A DNA stretch of 64,000 nt, taken from contig NC_135916.1 of NCBI RefSeq assembly GCF_964194155.1, forward strand, positions 1,798,001 to 1,862,000, written 5' to 3'. The notes under the pieces were generated by a model. That model made no database searches and was not told the DNA's origin. It saw only the letters and a list, made by a program, of their open reading frames with translations. The DNA comes from Cetorhinus maximus (taxonomy: Eukaryota). The stretch's first letter is position 1, and every line of letters begins with the position of its first letter. Below, one piece after another: positions 1 through 12,354 of the stretch. Made by a program: the position numbers and the translations under genes.

Positions 1-390
1 ACCTTGACGGCCTTTTACTCAGTGAGCGGGAGACCTTTGTTTCAAACAGATAGAAATGGAAATATTAGGGTCCGGGTAAGCGAGTAAACAGCGTTCTGAT
101 TCCAGCAGGGCACCGATTTGTCAGTGTGGACACAGAAATCAACATTGACTCGGGGTAAGTTCAGGGAGAACCGGGGGCTGTTTGTAAGAGGCGGAGCGGA
201 GCGGGAACGTGTTCCGGAACTTGGAGTGAGCGGGTGGACGGGGAGAGGCCTTTCTGGGGCTGTGTGGCCCTGCTGAGAGAGACAGAACCTGAGGAAGCTG
301 CAATTGAAAACTATTATTTTCTTTTTCTCTCCTCAAACCTGTAATGCATATTCCAAGTTTAGCTTCTGATTCACACAACTTGTTGGCTTT
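1..390 (+). promoter_or_regulatory. Module X copy 1 (type a): conserved CpG-containing first-exon-like element, 5' part outside window
   Basis: Near-identical to 17358, 42271 and 61699 copies; donors CGG|GTAAGC (76) and GGG|GTAAGT (155). Confidence 0.55.
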
Positions 391-805
391 TGGACAGTGA
401 ATAGTGGAAAGAGACGGAGAGTAAGGAGTGGAGCAGTAATGTTAACGACACGTGTTGCAGGCACCAGCTGTTCAGCTGAGGCGTCTCAAAGAAACATTGT
501 CCCTTCCACAGTTAGATTGAGTTGGCGGTTCTTACAAAGGGAGCTGGAAATTAAAATCTGTCCTGAAATTAAAATCTCTGGGCCCCGGTAGTGACACCCT
601 TGGAGCCGTACAGATGTGGGTTGTTTCTGAATGTCTCTCAATAGTTAGAAGTGGAATTAAACACTGTAGTTTTTTCGTTGTCCGCCATAATATGTACAGT
701 ATTTTTGAAATTGATTATCAGTTGAAATATTACATTGATCTATTGCCTTTTACTGACCTCAGCTGATTTTGAGTTACTGGAGGTATCTTTCTTCCTCTCT
801 GGCAG

Positions 806-885
806 GTTAATGAAGGGATCAGTTTCAAGCTCAAGTTTCACCAGCCAACATAGAGGTGCAGCTATCTCCTTCTAACTGGCAGCAG
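806..885 (+). ncRNA. Putative second exon of an X-driven spliced non-coding transcript
   Basis: tctttcttcctctctggcag| ... cag|gtacga; homologous exon-like segments at 18149-18232, 43061-43140 and 62464-62544 keep AG/GT; reading frame not conserved. Confidence 0.4.
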
Positions 886-1081
886 GTACGATCCTGGTCC
901 AAGAGTGCACAGATACAGACAGAACATCACTGTGACCATCAGCCAGAGCAGAAATAGTCAGACTCGAATTGAACTCAAACCCTGATACACATGATCAATC
1001 CAGTAGGCTAACACACAGGGGAGACTGAATTATAACCCCCACAAAACACTACTACACGGTACTGCTGAATGGTAGGCCCAC

Positions 1082-1575
1082 TGTAAGAGGTAAGCAGCGA
1101 TTTCTATGTTTTTAGCCAAACCAAAGGTCAGCAAAATTCTCGAGTGAAACCTTGTACACCATAAGGGCCGGTATCAGCAGCTCTCTCCAGGATGACCTTA
1201 AGGATAAAAAGGGATTAACTGGTTAGGAGATAGAAAGTGGACGAAGATAAACACATAAGGGTAATGACAAACAGTACCCAGGATAGAGCCAGGCTAGAAC
1301 GAGATGAAGAGGCCCTGCTTGCGAAAGCAAATGTATGTTCCTCGGACTGGTGACATCTGCTTGTCATTTGATTATGTACTGCCAAGACTGGAATTAGAAT
1401 AGTGTAATGTGTACATGAACGGTTTAGTGTTTAAAAAAGATTGTTATCCTGTAATCGGTAGAGTTCTGTTTATAGACAGCCAAAGGGAGCAGACCCTTCC
1501 TGTTGTTCCCTTTAATAAACAATTCTTAACCTTTATCTGTGTCACTGTGGTCGATTATTAGAAGAAACCACAACA
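1082..1575 (+). mobile_element. Solo LTR
   Basis: TG...CA ends, 4 bp TSD CCAC (1078-1081/1576-1579), AATAAA near 1515; empty site in type b units (~18437, ~62736). Confidence 0.82.
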
Positions 1576-4500
1576 CCACCAATTTCAGTCCCAAATCACA
1601 ACCATTATCAGATTGAAGGTCAGTCCATTCATGTCACAAGAGTAGAAGATTAGCAGCAACTTAAATATCAGGCAATTAATGTTTACAATATTATTCATGA
1701 ATACATGCAAAGTTCTCTCAAAGCAACGAGTTAAATTCCATTCCAAAATCTAATTCAATATCAGAAATAAAGATAGAGTATATTTTTGTTAATGGAGGCG
1801 TGCATAGACATGCCAGAGGAATATTGTCATAAATACTCACTTCGACATATCACTACAAACAAAAAATGGTTAAAACTTAACTCACAAAGCAGATATTGAC
1901 AAGTACAGAGAATAACATAAAACCACTCTCGGAGGAGAATCTGCCAAAACAGAACTAGCCCGGATTCCCATAACAGAGACAAACAATTACATTGTAAAAC
2001 CACAGGCACATACCAGGGACATAGAGATGCAGAAACAAATCAAATTTTCTATAAGTCTTTTCAAAACAGGAGAAGCATGGCTACACACATCGCTAATCTT
2101 GATGGCTACTGTAAAAACACACATGAACATGAATTAAAAATTTTAAGTTGCTGATCCATACAAATCACCCCGTTCCATAAACTGAGAGGGACATGGAAAG
2201 TAGGTTCATGCTTTCATAGTAAATGGAAAACTGAAATGTGGTCATCATTGATCAATATTTTTGTTTGACAGAATCGACAATGACACAAACACAGACATAA
2301 ATGAGAGTCACAGAGTAAAATGCACTCGGAGATTCTGACAGAATAAATGTGAAACGTAATTATCAGACTCTGTCAGTTGCAGAGTGATATTTATCAGCTG
2401 GGAATTAACACAGACAGGGGGAGGAAAAAAACACTAACAATGCTGGAAATATTCAGCAGGGAAGGCAACAACTGTGGAGAAAGATTGAGAGTGATCATTG
2501 CAGGCAAATGACCTTCCATCGCATCAGGAATTTCAGATAACGGGCAGTGCAGCTTTTTCTCCACAGATGTTGACAAGCCTGCTCAGTATTCCCAGCAATT
2601 TTCTTTCCTTTTTTTGAGGTTTCCAACATCCAGTTGAGAATATTTCGGCTTTGCTTAGTTGCAGTTGATAAACATTCCTTCATGCAAAAATCTGACATGT
2701 ACAAAGGAAATCCCATATTCAGACACAAAATATCAACAGAATCTCACAAAAACTATTGTTCAGTTCATCAAAAATTGACACAAGCAGAATGGAATATATC
2801 ACTTGTAAAACAGAGATTTGAGCACCGAAAATAAAACAAGAAACTGAATCAAATTGGTTCAGATTAAAGCCGCATTCATACATCACATTCACTGTAAATG
2901 CAGAGTCTCATAAAATAAATGCTCACTTTAACAAAGTAAAAGACATGCTCACAACACAAACTGGAAATGAGTGGGTAGATTGAATACCACAAACTCATAT
3001 CTGAAAAGGATTGAATACCACAAACTCATACTGATAAAATGCAAACTTACATACACCAAACCTCACAGTTACTGCTTACAGCCAAGACTATCAAAATTGA
3101 AAAGGGAAGAATTGGTCATGTACAGAATGAATCCATGTCATCATGCCAGATAATTATGAGTACCAATCAACATGCACATTTCTATATTGAACAATGACAA
3201 ATAAAAAGATAAGCCCATAAAAACATTAGAGAGACAGAAGGAGCGTAAACACAAAAACACACCATGAACACACACACACACACACACACACACATCATCA
3301 GACGTGCTCTCTCTCTCTGTCTCTCACACAGACCCAAACACAGATAAAAGCAGGCATGCACAGACACATCATCAATCGCACAATGACAATACTATAATAC
3401 TGAGAGATTTTGAATAAGTCTTACATTTGCTGATAAGACACTAATAGATAAAGAATGTAGGCTATACTCATAGAAAATGTACTGAGAATAATCATAGTTA
3501 CATTGTCAAAGTCGGTGAAGTAATCTCAAACACACGTTCAGACATTCAAAAGTGAGAACTGCAGTGTAAAATTCACATTTGCATTCCAGACACATACCTA
3601 AAACTGCCAATTGCAATTATGACCCACGCTCGCAATGCAGTTATTGACAGATACAGAATAGCACTCACATTCACATGCCACAAACTAATGGAGAGAGCAA
3701 GGGAAAAAAAGCTCAATAGCAAGTAAGGAAGTGCTAGAAAGTAAAACAACTGGACATTCTAAGAACAGCAATCACTTACCAGAACCTGACAGGTACTGAG
3801 TCGCAGTCACATTAAGAATCCCAGAAACAGATAAATACAGCAGCAGTTTAAGAAATAGAAATCATACTCACATATGTGAAAGCACACCCAGCAGTTTAAA
3901 ACTCACACTCATAAAAAAAACTGGCAGATGGAGACAGAAACAAAGACTTAGATGACAACAAACATGACATTTAAATATTTATGAGAAAAATCAGACAAAA
4001 CAAAATTTGACATACGCATTGTAATGAGATTCAAAGATTGAGAGTTAAAAAGCAATGTTACTCTTCCATCCCAGAAACAATAGATACAGAATCAAATACA
4101 TAAATGAATCCCAGTGACTGTCAATGCAATTCATAGAACTGATCCAGCAAAGAGGGAGATATCTGTTCAAGTAAAATGGCAAAATATTCTTTTCATCCAT
4201 GCGTTCCAAAAGTGAAACTCACATTCATATTTTTACATGGAAAAATTTATGAAATAATAGTACAGGCCTCCAAATTAAGAAATCAATTTGCAGTCGAAAT
4301 ATCAGGAATGAATAATGGTTGAAAGGTACAACATTAAAAGTGACAAAGAAGTCTCAGCTCACAAGCTGTGCTATGGGTAGGAAAGTTGCATGATGATGTT
4401 AGTGACAAAGGTAGATAATAGTAACAACTTCAAAAGTCACAAAATAAACAAGGTGAAAAAGTGAGCTAGCAACAACACAAGGTAGGTACAGGACCATTCA

Positions 4501-6159
4501 CTGAGAGCAGAGAAACTTCCAGGTCACTTTCTCCACAGTCACAAATATATATTTATTAATTCCCACATTGTTTCAAAGGGAAGAGAAAACTTTTCAATGC
4601 AAGATACAAACTGAGCAGGAGAGTCTGATTTTTGTTGTTGTTTGTTTTTATTTCCATGTAACCGAGATGAGAGGAGGGTACATCAATCAAAGTGTTAACG
4701 GAAAACACACCAAATAACAGATTTAATTATATTGTGTTGCGTTGGTCAGAAACTAATTAATTATTCTGAGCCTCATTAGACAATAAATAACTGATGGAAA
4801 GGGACTGAATGAATTGCAATGCAGTCCCTTAGAATTTAGACAGATCTGCAAATTTCACACCAAAAATGGCAGCATCAGTATAGAGTCACCAGCAATCCCT
4901 TTATAAAAAATGCACAAAATATATATGAGGCTGTGTATCTGATTAAAGGAGCTGTAATATTCACAATTGTTTTCACAGAGCTAAAAATTAAATGCCATTC
5001 CACAAATCAGAGGGAACTATTGAATATAACCTGTGACTACAAAACACATGAAGCCAATGTTACAGGTTAAACCAAAGGTTAACAAATGCTGCTATGTTGA
5101 GGGTTTCATAAAAATATATTCCAACACGTTTCATTAAAAGTCCAGATATAGTCTTATCTCTCACTTACCTACAACAATGGTGAAACACAGATACAGATTG
5201 AATAATATTCCAAATAAGATGGGCTGATAAACACAGGTGCAAAATTCCTCCCACATTCACACACACGTCAATTACAGCTATAAATACAAAAAAAAAATCG
5301 AAGCGTACACGAGAACGGCAACTAGATAATTATCCCTACATACGCAGTGTCAGGGAAGGAAAAATCCATGATGCAGTTGTTAGTCACGGAATGTGCCAAG
5401 TCTGAAAGCTCTATAATAAATCCCACACTCACTACACTACCTGAATCTGAATGAGACAGAAAAGATCTCATTCAAATAGAATAGGTGAAAACATAAAACT
5501 ACAGAAATAACCCCACAATCACATAGCCTATTGGAAACTGTCATGTTCAATTTAATCCCCAAATCATGCACTGTAAAGGACAATGAGAGATACGCAGAGA
5601 GTGGAACATACCCATGCAAGCCAGATGCACAGTTTAGTGGAATAAATCACACAGTCATTGTCAGCTAGTTGCTCTTAAAGACTGAGTTATTACAAACTCA
5701 CATTCAGTTTGAGAGACTGACAATTATAGAACCATGGCCAAACTCACAGATTATACTAGACGCTGAGAAGCAATGAATTATCTTCATCTGATGCAAAGTA
5801 CCAGTGAATGAAATACAGGGATAAAACCACAAACATAAACTGAGAACATAACAATGAGAAAAATCCGAATGCTACAGGGCCAAATCCACAGTCAGGTAAT
5901 ATGTCACCGATTGACACACAAGGAAAACGCACTTCTAGCAGTTGACTATATGAATATCAACTTCAACTTCACATCAACTTCCAGACATTGAGAGATTCAA
6001 ATGAAATCTCACTTGAGGAGATAGCACGTTAAAATATTAAAGATTGAGTTAATTCCAGTCTTGCAAACGTTGCAGATACTGAGTGATACACGGAGGGAAA
6101 AATATATACATTCACATATGTTATAAATACTGGAGGTAACAAAATGAATGCAACTCGAT

Positions 6160-7125
6160 GACATGTTCACCACCCTCTGAAGCTTTTCCTCAACACAGCC
6201 TTAAATGGCCGACAACGTATCCTGAGATTGTGAATCCATTGCTAGGCCTCTCAGCCAGAGGAAACCTCATCCCTGCACCCAGCCTGACCAGCGCTGTCAG
6301 TATTTCAAATATTTCAAATACATCCCCTCTCATTCTACAATCATTGAGTGATTACAGGCTGAATCGGCCCATTCTCTCCTCATGTGACAATCCTGCCAGC
6401 CCATGAAGCAGCCTGGTGATCATTTGGTGAACGTAGGTCTCTTCTCATATCAACTTTTCCCAACCTATCACTATTAAAATAATGCTCTGCCATTCTGTTT
6501 CATTTACCAAAGTGGGTGAGTTTACACCGATCCACGTCACAATCCATATGCCATGTTTTTGCCCACTCACTCAAATTGCCTAATTCTCCTTGGGCACTCT
6601 TAACTTCCTCCTCATCTTTCACATTCCCTCATAGCTTTGTGTCATCGTCAAACTTGGAAATATTACCTTTAGTTCCTTCACCACAATCATTCTTGTATAT
6701 TCCGGATACTGGGGCCCAAACACTGATCCCTGAGGCACAATAATTGTCAACTTCTGCCATTCTCATTAAGACTGATTTATTCCTGCTCACTTTATCCTGT
6801 TTACTAATATTTTCTCAGTGTATGCCAATCCAAACGCCCATCCCATGCACTTCAATTTGTTACACAAAACACTTAAGTGGGCATTTAACAAAAGCTTTCT
6901 GAAAATCTAAATATACCACATCATCTGGTTTTCCCTTATCTACTTTGCAATTTAATTCCCAAAAAAAGCTACAATAGGTTTGTCAAACATGATTTTCCTT
7001 TCATAAACGCATGCTATCTTTGTCCAATCTATTTGACATTTTCAAAGTCTCTTATTATCACATAGTGGACTCTTGTATTAAGTCTACCACTGATGGTAGA
7101 CTAATCAGCCTGTAATTCCCTGTTT
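6160..7125 (-). mobile_element. Old CR1 fragment shared by all units (also ~28075-28990 and ~48405-49380)
   Basis: Reverse-strand degenerate RT-coding sequence (reverse complements of GVPQGSVLGP- and DFQKAF-like motifs). Confidence 0.75.
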
Positions 7126-8034
7126 TTTACCCTGCTTTATTTTTTTGGAAAATTATACATTTCAGATTAAAGATCACATTTATTTTTCATGAACAGGCAG
7201 ATATTCCACGCACCCATAGCTGGGTTTAACAGATAATGTCGGGATTAAAAGGAGAATAGAAGCATAATCTTATGTTGGCAGCAATATATGTCGAATGAAA
7301 TATAAAATTTACTCCAGGGATTGACACGCACCAGATAAAATCCAAACTGACTTAAAACTGAATGTTACAGAGACAAAAACAAAAACATATATCGTTGATG
7401 TCAATTTCGGAAGAAAAGCTTCAGTGAGTGAAAACTACATTTAAGTAACAGATAATGATGATTAGGATTAATCCCAGAATCACATAGCCTGCAGAGGATT
7501 TTCATTTTTATTGTTGGTTTGGAATACAACGTATGTTTGCTGCTTCAGAATAGACCCTGCCTTGTTGTATAAATGTAATCAAGCAGAGTCTATCTTTGAT
7601 CCCTCAAAGATGCTATCCCTCCCCAGCATTATAAAAGTTGATTTGATCAATTCATTCCGTATTAGTCCTGGCGGTGTAGGAAGCCTCAGTTTCAATACTG
7701 GCAGATTTACGCCAAAAATATGCACTCCGCTCTTCACACTCACGAACTTGTATAAAACAACAGTTTTGAATCTGGAATATTGGCGCCTTTTTTGTCCTCT
7801 TGTCCACAGGCAAAACCAGAAACCTACAGTTTCGGGAAAACTGTTATCGAGGAAAAGAGAGCGAGAAACCTTCTAACATTCTGTAACAGAACTGTTTTAA
7901 TATTTATCATTAGAACGACTTGTATAGGAATTGTTCTTTGTTTAGCTAAGACGATTTCTGTGCGATATTTCCATCGATTAATTTTTTGTCTGTCTTTTCC
8001 ATTTTGAAATATATAATCGTTTGTTTAACTGATG

Positions 8035-8190
8035 ATTTGGCGCCCTTAACTTCCGACTTCATACGTTGCTTGCCCGCATTGGTGAGTCAGGCAGAAATCT
8101 GATTGGTAACATGAAGAATATTATGAGCTAAAATATAATTGACCAATCAGCTCTGAGCGCACCACCATTCCTCCTGAGAGTATAAGGGAA
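8035..8190 (+). promoter_or_regulatory. H2A promoter
   Basis: TTTGGCGC (E2F-like), ACTTCCG (ETS-like), two ATTGG, CCAAT, TATAAG; repeated at ~30490-30640 and ~50315-50470. Confidence 0.8.
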
Positions 8191-8194
8191 CTGA

Positions 8195-8638
<444 letters not shown>

Positions 8639-8668
8639 AGCGACTATTCTTTAAACTGAGAACCCAAA

Positions 8669-8708
8669 GGCTCTTTTCAGAGCCACTCACTTAATCAGTG
8701 AAAGGGGC
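8669..8708 (+). terminator. Histone mRNA 3' stem-loop and purine-rich HDE (H2A)
   Basis: GGCTCTTTTCAGAGCC-ACTCA then GAAAGGGG; same at 31122 and 50950. Confidence 0.93.
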
Positions 8709-9520
8709 GACCTGTTGTCTATCCGGATGCGCGATAACATCCCTATCGATTCGGAATGACATTATATTTCTAATGCGATCTGTGAAAGCGCTGCTTACAA
8801 CGAGACGCTGGCGCTGTTGCCTTTTCCAGACACCAGGAGTCTGTGCTGCATCTACATATGACCAACTGACAATGTTCAGGGAAACATTCATTGAATAATT
8901 AATTCATTCCATTTCTAATTCAATGACGTGAAATAGCTAAAGAACTATAAATGGAATCACCCCATATCCCCAAATGCAGCAGAGGGAGAGACCGGATGAA
9001 CAAAAGGACTTAAATAAATTGTAGGCCCGAGGGTTTTAGGAGCTAGATTGTTTAACAAGATATCGCAGCTCTTTCTCTGACCGACTCGGTGACTCTTTGG
9101 GGCATTTGAAGCTGAATCCGGGTTTTAGTGCATGTGTGAACATCCCTATCGCTTCGTAATTTCTGATGATATCTGAAAGGGTGGGTTAGAGTGAGACGCA
9201 TCCTGCTAGCACTGTTACATCTTACGGACATTAGTAGTATGTGCTGCAACTATTTATATCCAGTCTCCAGAATTCGCGAAAAAGTGCCTTTATTATTAAA
9301 ATATTTGCCTTTTGAAAATGATCTCAAATGATCTGAAACACCGAGTGATTGAAGCAAAGGACAGTTACCCGGTGACAAAGTGAGGAAAATAAATTGTAGG
9401 CCTGAGATGCTAAAGTGCTGGTGTAGTTAAGAGATCGCAGCTCCTTCTTTGACCGACTTGGTGGCTCTTAAAAGAGCCTTTGTGGTTCTCGGTGTAAGTC
9501 TAGTGTCGGGCAGGGTGAGT

Positions 9521-9931
<411 letters not shown>

Positions 9932-10019
9932 TCAAAGTAAATCTGTAATCTCCCTACAGATTGAAACTCTTTCAAGTTATCAACAGTCACAGATTGTAAC
10001 TCTTTCAAGTACATTCACA

Positions 10020-10082
10020 GTTCTTGGTTTCCAGGAGTGGGACATGAACCCACAACCTTCTGATTCAAAGGCGAGGGTGCTA
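10020..10082 (-). mobile_element. tRNA-derived SINE head (resembles shark SacSINE1/DeuSINE type)
   Basis: Minus strand GTCAGCTGTGGCTCAGTTCATAGC...GGTTCATGTCC: A/B-box-like; family assignment is from memory only. Confidence 0.65.
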
Positions 10083-10085
10083 TGA

Positions 10086-10580
10086 ACTGAGCCACAGCTG
10101 ACACATATTGAATTCAACAACTTTAGATCTTGAACTCCCTCCTCCATCCCCACCCCCTTTCCCGTTTCATCCCCCTCCTTTTTGTTTTTTCCATTAATTT
10201 ATATAGATTTTTCTTTTCCCACCTATTTCCATTATTTTTAAATTTATACCTTTTATGCCCTGTTACTCTTTCCACCCCACCCCCACTAGAGCTGTACCTT
10301 GAGTGTCCTGCCATCCATTCTTAATTAGCACATTCGTTTAGATAATATCATCACCTTCAACACCTCTTTTTTCTTTTGTCTGTGACATCTTTTGATTATC
10401 TGCTCCTATCACTGCTTCCTTGTCCCTACAACCACCCCACCTTCAAATTCTCTCCCCCCACCCCCACCTTAAACCAGCTTATATTTCACCCCTCTCCTAA
10501 TATTACTCAGTTCTGTTGAAGGGTCATGAGGACCCGAAACGTCAGCTGTGCTCTTCTCCGCCAGGGCTGCCAGACCTGCT
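10086..10580 (+). mobile_element. Penelope-like 3' end/pLTR fragment
   Basis: Begins at IEFNNFRS* coding end; homologous to 54575-55015. Confidence 0.88.
10508..10548 (+). ncRNA. Minimal type I hammerhead ribozyme motif (Penelope-associated)
   Basis: CAGUU-CUGUUGA-A-GGGUC/GACCC-GAAAC-GUC-AGCUG. Confidence 0.7.
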
Positions 10581-11089
10581 GAGATTTGCCTTACATTCCC
10601 GTTTAAATTCGCATTATTATATTGATCGCTCTGAAACAGGCCAGAATAAAGCTCTTAAATAACGTGCTTCCTGGATCCAGTCAACATGCTGCATGGATAC
10701 AGGCTGATCCACATAAAGCTCATCTACAGATACCTCCCAGGTCCTGTCGTGTTTCAACGACTCAGGAAGAGAAAGCGAAGAAAAAAAAGACAGGGTTGAA
10801 AATAGTGCGAAGAAGCGAAAATAATGTGTCTCAAAATAGTTACTCCTGATCAAAGTGTAATAAATGATGGCCTTTATCTTATGAACTCGGTGTTATTTTG
10901 GAATCTGTCGTGTTCCTCAGCCAGGCTGGGAATCGGGTTTCTGGAGATTGAAAGGAAGCGAATTCCTGAAAACCGAACGAAAATAAACCATGAAACCTTG
11001 TGTAACTCACTATAGTATAGCGAATGGAGAATGCGCAGGTGAAAAAGCTGTTTTTATAAAACTACATCTCGCTTTCAGTCTCCAAGGTC

Positions 11090-11131
11090 ACTGCTCTCAA
11101 TGTGAGGTTGTGGGCGGCTCTTAGAAGAGCC
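11090..11131 (-). terminator. Histone mRNA 3' stem-loop and HDE (H4)
   Basis: GGCTCTTCTAAGAGCC (loop UCUA) then TGAGAGCAG; equivalents at 33577, 38256 and 53126. Confidence 0.9.
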
Positions 11132-11164
11132 TTTGGGTTTTGTTATAGAGTCGGGTCGATTTGT

Positions 11165-11485
<321 letters not shown>

Positions 11486-11529
11486 TCAGTCAAATCGCTG
11501 CTGAATGAGTGGGGAGCTGCTTCACGTTC

Positions 11530-11615
11530 CGCTTTTATACAGCCCGCCCCGACCTAACTGAGGAAGGGAGAGAAGAGAGAGAGAGAGAGAGAGTGTGAGA
11601 GGCGGGGCGAGACAG
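11530..11615 (-). promoter_or_regulatory. H4 promoter with GA microsatellite
   Basis: Minus strand TCAGT(T/C)AGGTCG-GGGCGGG-CTGTATAAAA (site II-like, GC box, TATA); (GA)n; second GC box; equivalent at all four H4 copies. Confidence 0.8.
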
Positions 11616-12354
11616 ACTGAGTGACAGACAGGGCAATGTCTCTGGTAAACCAGCAACCTCCTCCTGCCTGCCAGAAAAGCATTTATTTATCAAATTCTGA
11701 AGAGAGGTGAACAGAGAGCTTTTAAAGTAACTTTAACACGCCAACATCATACACCAGCTAGTTAGAAAATCGTATTAAAATCAATACTGTCAATAATATT
11801 CCCCCCTCAATACTGCACTTTTTATAAAGAGTCAGATGCCTGCTTCTATTTCAATCCTTGTAATATTCTATACTCACACATCTCTAGACTCACGCCTCAT
11901 CCTTCCCTCCACACCGCCAAAAGGGATTGAGAAATTCGCTGACACCTCATCCAACAGAATTAGATAAAATATACTGATATGGGTATTAGTTGTGAGGCGG
12001 GGTTTAACTCCATTGCAGACTCTCACCCTGAAAATGTGAATAAGGGAACGAAGATAAACTTTGAATGCACTGGGACACATCCCGGTTAGGGAGCTGTAAG
12101 GATATCCCTGTGTCTTATTGCACAGTGCGGGAGGGGACGGGTGGAGAGTGTGTCAGTGAGTGAGCGGGAAAATAGGATTTACGTGGGAGGAAAACGAAAC
12201 ATTTCCATCTGAAATCAGCTCCCAGCTCCGAGACAGGGATCAAATGATCAGGGGATCTGCTCTTTCATGTGAAATGTGGGCGGCTCTGAAAAGAGCCTTT
12301 GGGTTTAGAGGGTTACAATTTGCTCGGGATCTTTCCCTTCTTTCCTGTCTTTGC

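Noticed and set aside
56-885. X as a protein-coding gene (ATG GAA AT.. spliced to exon 2)
   Set aside because: The spliced frame stops within exon 2 and differs between type a and b copies; the unspliced frame stops after 7 codons.
7511-7876. ORF repeated upstream of each H2A (also 30048, 49791) as a hidden gene or H2B remnant
   Set aside because: Non-ATG starts, frames differ between copies, no histone-fold similarity.
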